From assembly GCA_951406725.2 (NCBI GenBank), contig OX597840.1, forward strand, positions 38,130,001-38,194,000: a stretch of 64,000 nucleotides of DNA. The letters are read 5' to 3'. Positions 42,123-54,945 of this stretch are shown in pieces (position 1 is the first letter of the stretch; every line of letters begins with the position of its first letter). The notes below the pieces were generated by a model that was not told where the DNA came from, made no database searches, and saw only the letters and a program-made list of their open reading frames with translations. The position numbers were made by a program, and so were the translations under genes. Source of the DNA: Octopus vulgaris (lineage: Eukaryota).

Positions 42123-42150
42123 AATCCGACAGGACAAAAAGGCAAAAATG
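42123..42150 (+). other. Candidate 28-nt micro-exon
   Basis: Branch-like ctaat about 33 nt upstream, tttctttcctAG acceptor, G|GTAAGT donor; all three frames open. Confidence 0.3.
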
Positions 42151-42597
42151 GTAAGTATACAATAGTTATTGGATTGCCAGGTGATTTCCTCTCCTTGGCA
42201 TCTATCGCCGAATACCTGAACAAAAAAAAAAAAAACGCAATAAAATTGTTCATGTTGAGTTGTGAAAGAAGAATAGACTTACAGAAGGAAAGAAAGCATA
42301 GAACATTATTTTTCGTGTTAATTCAAATTGCATTGAAAAGGAATAAAAGGAAAAAACAACAAAAAAAAACAAAAACAGAAATGGCTGTATTTCTTCGACG
42401 CACACCTATATTCATATCGTTACCGTAATATTGCATATTACGAGACAGAATTATGCTAAGTACTGTATTTTCGGTGTTAAGCAATGTCTAGGAGTTTTAT
42501 TACACTATGGATATGTACACAGAACCAAATTTATTCCATGAATGAGAAACCATATAAGACGCGAATAATACAACAAAAACAAACTCTAAATTCATAG

Positions 42598-42686
<89 letters not shown>

Positions 42687-42787
42687 TATATACATATGTA
42701 TATATATATATGCACATAATACATACACACGTACATACTAAGTATGTATATATGTAAGAGAAGATGGATGCAGGTGTCGTGTTATAT

Positions 42788-42845
<58 letters not shown>

Positions 42846-42992
42846 CAAACTATTGAACGTATCACTTGCATTCAATAGAGAGATTCATACCTGAGGCAAC
42901 CACCAAGTGAATATGTAATTTTATAGAAATCAACCCTAGTATAACCTACTCACCCACACACACACACGCACATATACACACACTAACACACA

Positions 42993-43024
<32 letters not shown>

Positions 43025-43090
43025 GCATTTTATTCTATGATGTGAAGATCAACAAAGAAAAGTACGCAATCCGGTGAGAGATAAATATTA

Positions 43091-43308
43091 TTTAATAAGC
43101 ACATTATATGTTTTTTTTATGTGTTACTATTAGTTTTCAGAGTTGAGAGCAAGCCAAACTATTTTTAACCTGTCTGGGTTCCTCGCAGAATAATGAGACA
43201 CGACCCACAGTGTCTGATGATTGTGCTTGTACACCAGATGTATCATAAAGCAACGCTCTCAGTACAGCAAACTAAGAGTAACACTTCAATACATATATCC
43301 TGCTTATT

Positions 43309-43312
<4 letters not shown>
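43091..43312. repeat. Diverged inverted repeat (43091-43150 / 43255-43312) containing a decayed hammerhead (43209-43285, +)
   Basis: AGTGT-CTGATGA-TTGTGCT...AGTACAG-CAAAC TAAGA GTA-ACACT; the left arm is the reverse complement of the 3' half. Confidence 0.65.
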
Positions 43313-43360
<48 letters not shown>

Positions 43361-43361
<1 letters not shown>

Positions 43362-43532
43362 GTAAAGGGAAAGCTTACGAAAATATACATAAGACGAAGG
43401 CAGGTGGTGTACAAACAAACTGATGTATTAGTATACCGCTCAGGAATAGAAAAATGTCTTTTACGTTTCGAAAGGTACACAGAAAAACAAGGAGAGAAAC
43501 AAGGAGAAAATAAATGTGTGTAGTAGCTAACG
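43361..43532 (-). mobile_element. Penelope-like pseudo-LTR fragment lacking the ribozyme core
   Basis: Homologous to 50800-50966; gtcttttacgtttcga joins directly to aaggtacacag. Confidence 0.6.
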
Positions 43533-43949
43533 ATATATATATATATAAAAAGGAAAACAGGAAAACGGTGAAGGAAATGATCTCGTGTCTACCCCTGGGG
43601 AGAAACAAGCACAAACACGGAACATGATTGTAGCAATACTCCACAGCCGTATAGCGAGGGTGAAATGAAGTTTGCAGAGTAAAGAATAGAAAGTGACGCA
43701 GGGAAGGATGAAAGAAAAAGATGTAAAAGTGGTTATATAAAAATAAATGAGAATAGCATCGAAAAGGATAGAAACAAGAGGAGAGAGATCTCCTTCTGAC
43801 AACTGCAGGGACCCTCCGCTGTGTTATGATGAAAATATCGAAGCAGATGTGGGAACAATAAAATGGCGTTCAACGTTTTTCGAAGAGGAGACGATAGCTC
43901 ATATCCTTTTTCTGTTAGAATTATAAAAGTTGATACCGTTATATATGAT

Positions 43950-45200
43950 CAACACTTTGCAAAAGCCCTTTGCATAAGCGGCCCAAGTTACTTGAAGCAC
44001 TGGGATGAGAGCCTTATTCAATGAGTCAGTATTTAGTGTGTGATGATGCGCAGCCATCAACAAACACTCCAATCTCCAAAATCAACATTCGTTAACCACA
44101 GTCACGATAAGTCATGTCTATTCCCTTTCGTCATATCTCTGTGGAACCCAGACCGGGCGTTGTGAGTGTTTATTGTGCGAAAACACCTAAAAGCTCCACG
44201 AGGCTCCGGCAGGGGGTGGTGGCGATCCCTGCTGTACTCTTTCACCACAACTTTCTCTAACTCTTACTTCCTGTTTCTGTTGTACCTGTATTTCAAAGGG
44301 CCGGCCTTGTCACTCTCTGTGTCACGCTGAATATCCCCGAGAACTGCGTTAAGGGTACACGTGTCTGTGGAGTGCTCAGCCACTTACACGTTAATTTCAC
44401 GAGCAGGCTGTTCCGTTGATCGGATCAACCGGAACCCTCGTCGTCGGAACCGACGGAGTGCTTCCATCCATCCAGTGTATGATGATGCACAGCCATCAAC
44501 AAACACTCCAATCTCCAAAATCAACATTCGTTAACCAAAGTCACGATATAAGTCATGTTTATTCCATTTCGTCATATCTCTGTGGAAATGTCCATATAAC
44601 CGAATTACTTGTAGTTTTCGCTTTCTTTCACAAATTATTTTATTTTCGCACACATTCTACACTACAAGTTTGACACCGGTTGACTTGTATTTCTCCTACA
44701 ACTCATTTAAATGGTTCTTCTTTACCGTTTTGCCAACGAGTGGTTTACTGACCTTTGATTTACGCCCATACAGTCAGAAATGTTAATAAGTTCTTCCCGC
44801 CCCAATCTTTCATTTAATATATAATTAACAGATGTATGATTTCGTGTAGCGCACTTGATTCATAATTAGCTTTTTCTCCTTTTCTGTTTCATGCAGATAT
44901 TTCAACTTTGTCTAATTTACCATTCCAGCACAATAACGTTCAATGGGAAACATACATATTTTATTCGCGTATATCAAATTCCTTGAATAAATTTCGAACT
45001 TCAATACAAGATTTAATATTTTAAGTACGTCTTTTGACATTTCCGTCATTTCATCAAGCATAATGCAATCGAATTTCCTCATCATCATTACTATTAGATG
45101 ATAAGGACGTTGTTCCATTACAAATGTTAGATTGAAATGGCGGCTTCTCCTCCCTTTCTCAATGCTTAATCTATCAAAATTTGGTAAAGAAATTTCCATT
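43950..45200 (-). mobile_element. Highly decayed Tc1/mariner-superfamily transposase remnant, interrupted by a SINE
   Basis: Reverse translations DFGDWS..GCASSHT(N)TDSLNKAL (cf. D...WS.LE.KACATSH.N.DSLK.AL) and LTVWA (cf. VMVWA). Confidence 0.45.
44147..44473 (+). mobile_element. SINE family C with tail type 1, 5'-truncated, flanked by a 112-bp direct duplication
   Basis: About 95% identical to 57811-58136; flanks 44035-44146 and 44474-44587. Confidence 0.9.
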
Positions 45201-45528
45201 CCTAAATCTCAGTAACCTATATTCGGAAATTCAACAGGTAAATTAAATTCTTTCACTGAGTCAGTAAGTCATCAACGAAAAATTGGAAATTAACGGAAGG
45301 TGTTTTTCTCCCTAGATTTCTTATTATTAATTAGATATCAGAGCTCTAATAAATAACAAAGGGAAGCTGAGACTCGTCTTGGAAGATACCTATATATAAT
45401 GGCTATAGTTCCTAGTGACAACATTATCAGTAGAAGAAATAGCAAAAATATTAAGAAAAGCGTAGCTCTGAAGAGCTGCTATACGAAGGGCAAGAACAGC
45501 AATAGGAAGCTGCAAAACAAAAACAATA

Positions 45529-45577
<49 letters not shown>

Positions 45578-45592
45578 GCTGCTACTACTACC

Positions 45593-45755
45593 TGTGAAGA
45601 CGCGTGGCTTAGTGGTTAGGGCATTCCGCTCACGATTGTAAGGTTGTGAGTTCGATTCCCGGCGACGCGTTGTGTCCTTGAGCAAGACACTTTATTTCGC
45701 ATTGCTCCACTCCACTCAGCTGGCAAAAATGAGTTGCAGCTGTATTTCAAAGGTA
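45593..45755 (+). mobile_element. SINE family D (CORE-like), 3'-truncated
   Basis: gtgaagacgcgtggcttagtggttaggg...gagttcgattccc...gttgtgtccttgagcaagacacttta. Confidence 0.8.
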
Positions 45756-45899
45756 ATGGTGTCAATAAGACCCAGAAGAGTCAGGTAATGATGAACAGGT
45801 GCTATGGATAGACTATAGCTACGCTCCAGTTTCGGTGATTATGCAAATGCGGAGTCCAATGTAGTTCATGTATATATACATTTTTTTGTTTTGCAATGA

Positions 45900-46086
45900 G
45901 ATAAAAATTCAAGGCTGCGAAAGATTTTAGAACATTTATAAATAGAAGGTCTTACAGCTGTTTCCGTGATATTTTATATATTTCCTCATCGTCTCCGATG
46001 AAGCGATATATAAAAGAACCCGGAAACAGCTGTGGGACCTATTTATAAATGTTTTGAAATCTTTCGCAGCCTTTGATTTTTATATC
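45900..46086. repeat. Inverted repeat (45900-45991 / 45996-46086) with hammerhead-like motifs on both strands
   Basis: + strand GTCT-CCGATGA-agcgatatataaaagaacccg-GAA-ACAGCTGT-G-GGAC; - strand ...CGATGA...GAA-ACAGCTGT-A-AGAC. Confidence 0.8.
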
Positions 46087-46105
46087 ATTCTGATGAAATT
46101 TATAT

Positions 46106-46194
<89 letters not shown>

Positions 46195-46789
46195 CATACA
46201 GGCTTTCAGATTAAGTTTACTACATCATCACAGGGCTTTCATCGGCCCGGGGCTACGCAGAAGACACTTGTACAAGATGACATCGAGTGGAAGCGATCTA
46301 GGAAACTTGTGATTATGAGACAAACTTCTTAATCACATAGCAGCGTCTACGCCTAAATATATGTGTGACTGTGTGTGTTTATATACAGAGAGAGAGAGAG
46401 AGAGAGTCAGGAAATACATTAGACAAATAGAGAGATTGTTATATTGTAACATGCCTAACTAACACTAGATATAGAAATATAATCAAATATCCACACATAC
46501 ACATATGTTTTCTCACATACAGGCAGACTTATGCACACATGCGCCGTGTAGACATATGTGCATAGATATATACATGTGTGTGCATATATGTATGCATGTA
46601 TGTTGACATACGAATATACATACATACAGAGTGAAAGAGACAGAGAGGGAGCGAGAGAGGGAGAAAGAGACAAAGAGAGAGAGAGAGAGATATTAATGGA
46701 ATTTCTGAAATCACTTCAAAGCTTTGTTTAACGCAATAAGTATGGCGTCCGTGCGAAAGGGCGTTTATTGCTTTCAAACTGATTGTGAC

Positions 46790-47560
46790 CACGATAAAGT
46801 TGACATTGATGATGACTCTGCTGATTGCTGTACTGATGGTGATGATGATGGTTGTGGTGATTATAATTATGATGATAACGAGGATGATGTTGATGATGCC
46901 GATGATGAGGATGAGGATGCTGACGGTGATGAAGATGGCGATGATGATGATAATGATGATGATATTGATGGTTGTGGTGATTATAATTATGATGATAACG
47001 ATGATGATGGCGGTTTTGGTGGAAATGATGATGATGATGATGATAATGATGATGATGACGATGATGGTGATGATGATGATGATGGTGGTGGTGGTGATGG
47101 GGATGATGTTGGCGGTGATGAAGATGGAGATGATGATGATGATGACGAGGATGATGATGATGATGATGATGAAAATGATGTGATGATAATTATTATTGAA
47201 ATGGTGATGTTGAGGGTGGTGGTTAAGGTGTGGTAGTGATGGTGGTGATGACGGTGATGCTGGTGGTAGTAGTGGTGGTGGTGGTGATATGAGCAATGAT
47301 GATGATGGTGACGGAGATGATGAGAGGATGATTTTTGAATATAATGGTTATGATGATGATGATGTGGAAGATGATTATGTTTTGTTGGTGATAGTAGGGT
47401 GATAATGGTTATGCTGTCGGTAGATTGGTGGTGGTGGGGCTGATGGAGATAGCAAAGGTGTTGGTATTTGTGCTGAAGATAATGATGATGATGATACAGG
47501 TGATTGTGATGATGATGATGATGATGATGATAGTGGTGGTGGTCGTGGTGGTATTACGTA
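46790..47560. repeat. Degenerate (GAT)/(GGT) trinucleotide tract
   Basis: Direct inspection; internal 35-bp repeat at 46847 and 46967. Confidence 0.9.
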
Positions 47561-47657
47561 ATGCAGGTCATTTTTAATGATATGTATGACAAGGATTCAG
47601 ATGTCGTTCATGACGATGACGATGAGTTTGAAAATAATTGTGATAACGGTGATAATG

Positions 47658-47707
<50 letters not shown>

Positions 47708-47731
47708 GATAATAATAATAATAATAATAAT

Positions 47732-48227
47732 AGTTATCGTATACATTGTTTTGTCTTAGTATAAAAGATGGACTACAGCAAATATTCTGCTCAATACCAC
47801 AGATCTGCTTGTCAGTTTTTTTACCTTAACCAGTTGAGCATGTCCCTTAGTGGCTGACGATATGTGCATCTCTGATCACGAGCAGATGTAGTGGGGGAGC
47901 ATCATAGCCATGAGTTGAGAGGGATTCTTTGGGGTTTGGATAATTCACCTTAGGAAACATGGGTGTTTCGTTCAACATCCTTAAACAACCCTTATTAAGG
48001 GACTTTTTGAGCAGGATAGGTTACTCGACCGGTAGAAAATTCTACCTGGGCCCCACCTGCAAGGTCATGTGCTGTTTATCTTGATATGAGATCACCATGT
48101 CGTGCACATATGGTTGTGATGTATGTGCCTGGTGTACCCTTATCAGACGGGTAGTCATGATGGGTATACTGGGCTTCGTATCTTTTACCGCAGTGCCACT
48201 TTGATGGCATGCGCTGATCTCTCACTC
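47732..48227 (+). mobile_element. ~500-bp insert in an (AAT)n tract; probable 3' end of a microsatellite-targeting non-LTR element
   Basis: GC-richer unique block with (AAT)n on both sides; no ORF homology recognised. Confidence 0.5.
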
Positions 48228-48284
<57 letters not shown>

Positions 48285-49189
48285 TATAGTAATAAAAATA
48301 ATGGCGGTACGTGTATGATGGATGATAATGCTGCTGTGGATTAGACAGATAACGACAATGATGATGATGGTGGCTGTGCTGATGGTGGTTGTGTTGATGG
48401 GGGTTGTTGTGATGGTGGTGGTGGTGGTGGCGCTGATAATGATTGTGTGTTTGATGATGACGGCTGTCATGATGATGGAGATGACAATGAAGAAATGATG
48501 GGCCTAAAGCATGGAATGGTAGAATGTGAAGGGCATTTGAATTGTTGCGAACGTGGAAACGAAGCAGAAACTTTCAGAATGAAGAAAGGTACCACAAAGA
48601 AAAAAAATAGATAAATAAAAACACACAGCAATGAAGAATTTTCTGAAAACCCCCAAAAAAAGAAAGAAAAGGGAAAAAATACATCTCGATCCGGAACTAG
48701 ATTCTAGAAACACTTGTTCGCACAGCGAAGACGTTTTCGAAACATCTCATGACAGAATTAACGATTCCATACAATATGGAATAATGAAAATGGGAAGTTC
48801 TTTGGAATGCTATCATAATGATTCAATATTGTCCATATTCCCTACTTATTTTATCTTCGCCCGAAGCAGCTGTCACTTGCGTGGAATATTGTAGCAGCCA
48901 GGTAGGTTTCGGTGTATATCCCTGCATGTATATGTCTGCGCAATCATACACAGACACATGCATACTCACACATACATACGTTCATAAACACACTGACATA
49001 GATACATGCACACATATGTCCATATACTTACACACAGACATATACATATGTACATATATCTATTGGTCTATACATGAATATACAGGCACACATGTATAAA
49101 GATATTGGATGTACATATGTTTGAATCATGTTTCTGAATATGTGCGTTGTATACACAGACTTGTCAGTCCCTTATACCTCCTCTCATTC

Positions 49190-49252
<63 letters not shown>

Positions 49253-49253
49253 G

Positions 49254-49320
<67 letters not shown>

Positions 49321-49373
49321 AAATATATATATATATATATATATATACATATGTATAAATATATATATATGTG

Positions 49374-49407
<34 letters not shown>

Positions 49408-49551
49408 GATAGATATATAAATATATGTATACATATATATATACATATATATAAACTTATATACACATACATATATATACATATGCATATATACATATTT
49501 AAATATATATATGCATATATAAATAACTATATATAAGTATATATATATATA

Positions 49552-49595
<44 letters not shown>

Positions 49596-49629
49596 CATAT
49601 ATATATATATATGTGTATATATATATATG

Positions 49630-49660
<31 letters not shown>

Positions 49661-49672
49661 ATGTGTGTGTGT

Positions 49673-49709
<37 letters not shown>

Positions 49710-50095
49710 CACTTCTACTTTTATACGAATCTGTGTATGTTCCCTCTTACATACATTCGTTTTTCTGTTTGTGCTCGACTGAAATACCGATATCCGCGCT
49801 AAATAGCTTCCACTTAGTTTAAATCTCGTTAATTCCTGCCATAAACCAGCGTTCACTATACACGTTTAATGGGTTGCGTAAATGACAGCCTCTCTTTACA
49901 AATGCCAGCAACATATCACACTAACGTTCACATAAGATGTACTGCTGGAGCAATTTTATAACATGAATGACACGAATCTAGTGAAATTTCATTCATGGAG
50001 ACCATCTTTTCAGATATATTATTGGGGAATGTAACTATAGGAAAAATAATAAGATGATGATGGTGAGATGGAAGATGATAATGATGGCAAAACGT

Positions 50096-50180
<85 letters not shown>

Positions 50181-50181
50181 A

Positions 50182-50526
50182 GGCGCACGAGTGGCTGTGT
50201 GGTAAAAAAGCTTACTTCCAAAAGACAGGGTTATGGGTTCAGTTCCATTGAGTGGCACCTTGGACAAGTGTCTTCTGTTATAACCTCGGGCTGTGGGTGG
50301 ATTTGTTGGACAGAAACAGAACGAAACCCGACGTGTGCATATATATATGTGTGTATATATACATACATGTGTGTGTATTTATGTGTGCGTGTCTGTGTTG
50401 GTTCCCTCGCCCTCACAACTGATGTTGGTGTACTTACGTCCCAATAATATTGCGGTTCGGCAAAAGGGACTGACAGAATAAGTACTGGGCTTACAAAAAT
50501 AAGTCCTGGGGTCGATTTGTTCGACC
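50182..50526 (+). mobile_element. SINE family B
   Basis: ggcgcacgagtggctgtgtggtaa...ggcaccttggacaagtgtcttc...agaataagtactgggcttacaaa. Confidence 0.85.
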
Positions 50527-50799
50527 ATCAAACAACACCACACCACACCACCATGCCTCACCACACCGCACCATATCGCGCCACCCCGCACACAGAAGCA
50601 TTGGCCACTTACCAGCACATACACCATCACCGCCACACCGACACATGCCCACACGCCCCCGTCAATGTCACCAGCCCCCTTCCACACACACATACACGCT
50701 CTCACATACATACGCCTGCTCACCTTCGTTTTGGGATCACCACTACATTATTATCTCCCCTTCTTCTTAGTGTGACCCTCTGTCTGGGATTCGCCATGA

Positions 50800-50956
50800 T
50801 CGATCGCTAGCTACGAAACCTTTTCCATTTTCTCTCCCTCGTTATTTCTAGTGTGCCTTTCTGCTGAAGAGAGTAGGCTCGAAACGTAAAATACTTTCTC
50901 ACTTCACAAGAATTAAACTAATATATCTGTTTGTTGCTTACACACCCGTCGTCGTC

Positions 50957-50966
<10 letters not shown>
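50800..50966 (+). mobile_element. Penelope-like pseudo-LTR fragment with hammerhead-like motif (50855-50896)
   Basis: ccttt-ctgctgaagagagtaggctc-gaaacgta-aaatac, upstream of (TA)n. Confidence 0.65.
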
Positions 50967-51005
<39 letters not shown>

Positions 51006-51129
51006 GGTTCATGTATGTATACATGTATTTGTCCTTGGGCAACTCTTAGACACGTGAAGACTTGTTACTTTTCGGTTGTAACTTGCGAACTGCTACCTTA
51101 ATAATGTTAATAATACACATGTATGTGAT

Positions 51130-51196
<67 letters not shown>

Positions 51197-52064
51197 GCAC
51201 GTCTAATGCCATCATGTAAATGTGTAAATGTGTCTTTGTAATATACGCTTGCCCCACCGCCATTGCTTTACAACTTTGGTTTGTTAGGTGCCTGTAACTT
51301 AGCGCTTCGACCAAAGAAAAGCGACATACGATGTAAGGGACTTAGGAAATGCATAATGGGGTTGATGTGCTTCTGTAAAACCCCGTAAGGTGTTAACCCG
51401 TCATGGCCGCAGCCCGATCCTTGAAGCAAAGGAAAAATAAGAGATTAGAAAATGTTAGAGTAGTACATCCAAATATACAGGATGTTCACATGTGGAACGC
51501 CGTTTCTGTTAGAAAGCAATTTTCTTGAGAGAAGCAAAATGGCTGACAAAGAGGATGAAGTTGAAGTAGTCCAGTTATCTCCCGTTGCTATGGAAGATTT
51601 CTAAATTAACTCGGTAGATTAACATCTCCTTTCATCCAATTGCCGATGGTTCGATAATAAAATAAACACATCAGCACTTAACCATCCCCCATCAACACTC
51701 CATCACCATTCCACCCACGACCATCCCCACTTACCTACTTATTGCATAATGCTGGCCCCTTATGTCATTGATGATTCGCTAATATTGGCAAATGGCCATC
51801 CGTTCTATTGTGATCAATCAAATCCAAACGGATTTTCGTTCAGATTTGTTAGTAAATCCAATGAAAAAGGTGCCGAAAGCCTTACATCCAATAACTGCAC
51901 TTAGAATTCACAGTGAAATCCTCTCCTCCACTCCCAGCGGCTTTTAAAACCAGATGTTTAACACCACCCCTTTCAGACGGGAAGCAACACAGTCCTCACC
52001 TTTGAACTCACAAGAATCAGTAATGGGAAACTAAGGAGGATGTTAGGATGTACGTGTCGCTTTC

Positions 52065-52072
52065 TATGTATG

Positions 52073-52104
<32 letters not shown>

Positions 52105-52270
52105 TGTATGTATGTATGTATGTGTGTGTGTATGTATGTATGTATGTATGTATGCATGTATGTTTGTATGCATGTATGTTTGTATGTATTTATGTATGTA
52201 TGTATGTATGTATGTATATTTGTATGTATGTATGTATATATGCATTCACGTATGTATGTATGTATGTATG
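52065..52270. repeat. (TATG)n microsatellite
   Basis: Direct inspection. Confidence 0.95.
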
Positions 52271-52689
52271 AATGTATAGATGAATGCATGTGTGGGTTTA
52301 TGTATTGGAATGTATGGATGTGGATATATATATATATATATATAGATAGATAGATACATAGAGACATATGTGTGTGTATATATATATATATATGTATATA
52401 TATGTGTCTGTGTTTGTTAATGTGCATATGTGTGTATATATCTAGTCAAGCATACAAGCATATATGCTATGTATGCGTATGTTATGATTCACGCAAATGC
52501 ATATATTTATATATATGTGTGTGTATGCACAGTTACATGTATATATATACATGCAAGCACACATGCATATGAGCATATATATAGATATATACGTGTTTAT
52601 ATATAAACTTAAGTACATATAAACACACACAAATCCTCGGACATACACTCATCTCCATATACAGCTACACACACATAAGCATACCTAAC

Positions 52690-52722
<33 letters not shown>

Positions 52723-53656
52723 ATATATATACACACACTTACTGAATGTAATTACCGGGGTCCAGCGTATATCGATTATATCCAATCCCGTTTGCCTTTT
52801 AAGTGCAATTTGACAGCTTCTTACGACAGCTTCGCCATTCCCATACGAATTTTCAATTTAGTCACATAGGTTTTAAACGACGCACAGCAAAAATTCAAAA
52901 TAATCTACGCCTATATCTAATATCGGTAATGGCTTAGACCGTTTACAGTTATAAAACTTGCATTTGACGAAAGAGAAAGACAAATTAAAACAAAATGCAT
53001 TGATGAGGAGATAGCTATGAGACTGCCGAAACTAAGATGGCGAAAATTAACAGCGTTTTCGACAGCTATTACACTAATGGCTTCAATGAACTTGCCATCA
53101 AGTTATTACCTATTATGTCCGTACATACAACAACGTCGTGTAGTTTGATGGAGTAATAAGGTAGGTAAAGTTGGAGATTTTGAGAATAAATAAAGATATT
53201 CGTAGCGTTGTTTAGTTTCTTTCCGTTTTCTAAACCTTGGATCAAAATTTATTTCCATTAACATCAATCTGGTGTCTTGAGTTTACATTAAAATATATTT
53301 CAGTCCAAACGTTCGGCAATCACTTTATTTCTCTTCTCTGTTGTTCTCTTTCTTTCCCTAGCTTGCAACTCCCACTGGAAATGTAGTGGTGGTTGTGGTG
53401 GCGGTAGTGGTGATAGTGTTGGGGTATCGATTATACGGCTTTCCTTTTCGTCATGAAATGTTCTGGGGAAGATTTTCGTCACTACGTTTGACTAAAGTCG
53501 ATTTATTTCAGAGAAAACGAGAAAGTGAAAGAGAGTGGAAGAATTAGAAGCAGAAGAAGGAGCAGAATAAAAATAAAAAGGAGGTAGATAGAAAAGATGA
53601 GGAGAGAAAGAACCACCCATGGTACTATACGGGTATTTTATTATAAAAACGCAATA

Positions 53657-53836
53657 AGGCGGCGAGCTGGCAGAAAAGTTAGCACGCCGGGCGAAATGCT
53701 TTGCAGTATTTCATCCTTTCGGGGTCGATAAATTAAGTACCAGTTACGCATTGGGGTTGATATAATCGAATTAATCCGTTTGTCTGTCCTTGTTTGTCCC
53801 CTCTTTGTTTAGTCCCTTGTGGGCAGTAAAGAAATA
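53657..53836 (+). mobile_element. SINE family A, internal deletion, 16-bp TSD
   Basis: TSD tattataaaaacgcaa at 53639-53654 and 53837-53852. Confidence 0.9.
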
Positions 53837-54489
53837 TATTATAAAAACGCAAATTTATGCTCGGTGGGATTTAGAAGCCTCATGGTCAATACCACTCCTC
53901 CTGTGACCATCCCGTCTCTTTCTTCGATGCAAGTAACTCAAAGTCCCATTAACCAGCATGCCCTCTCATAAAACTGTTAGATGCGTGTTGAAAGAGATCG
54001 GACTGCTGTTTCTAGCACTTTGAAAAACTATATATATATTCTCTTGTTTATTATATATTTCTTTACTACCCACAAGGGGCTAAACATAGAGGGGACAAAC
54101 AAGGACAGACAAAGGGATTAAGATTGATTGCCCCCTAAATTGTGTAACTTGCTGTAGAGACATCGATATTCGGGGATTTGCTCAATAGAATCCATCAAAG
54201 AAATGGTTTGCAACGTTTAGCTGTGTCACTTTAGGTACCGAGTTCAAATCCGGCCAGCTTGGTCTTTTCTTTTTCTTTTCTTTTATTATTTTTTTTTGCT
54301 TTGTTTACGGGGTTGTTAAAATTCAATATCTGTCTTTCACTGGGCATGTAAAATGAATTAAAACAGCCACTAGCAAAATAATCGATTTGACATCTATGAT
54401 AGAAATCATTGTTCTCATCAATCACGATCGGAGTCTGTCAAAATATTAAAAAAAAATTAGTGATATGACAAACTAAATAATTAATGCAG

Positions 54490-54945
54490 GTTAAAATTTT
54501 GACACAAAGCCAGCAATTTCGGTTGAGGTGGCGGGGAGTTAGTCGATTACATTAATATTAGTATTCAACTGGTACTTCTTCGGTTATGAAAGGATGAAAA
54601 ACAAAGTCGACCTCTGTGGAGTTTGAATTCAGAATCATAAAGACGAACTATATGCCGTTAAGCATTTTGTCCGGCGTGCAAACAATTACACCAGCTCACC
54701 GCCTTAAACCAATACCTCGTAGTGGTTTTAAATTTTAGTACAAGACCAGAAATTTAAGAGATGGGGCCCATCGATCACATCGACCGAAGTGCTCAGATGG
54801 TATTTATTTTATCGATTTTTATCAATCCAGAAAGGATGGAAGGAGAGGTTGAACTAAGTGGAATTTGAACTTAAAAGGTAAATACGGACGAGATGCCCCT
54901 AACCATTTCGTCCGGTGTGCTAACCTTTCTGCCAGCTCGACCCTT
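54490..54945 (-). mobile_element. Two older tandem SINE family A copies
   Basis: gaaaggatgaaaaacaaagtcgacc...ccagctcaccgcc; second copy gaaaggatggaagg...gccagctcg. Confidence 0.75.

Noticed and set aside
46724-47236. 170-aa Asp-rich ORF resembling acidic biomineralisation proteins
   Set aside because: It lies in a degenerate (GAT/GGT)n tract that is open in several frames and both strands, has a non-ATG start, no signal peptide and no splice support.
48631-48894. 87-aa ORF MKNFLKTPKKRKKREK...
   Set aside because: The basic stretch comes from poly-A-rich DNA; no recognisable domain or convincing splice structure.
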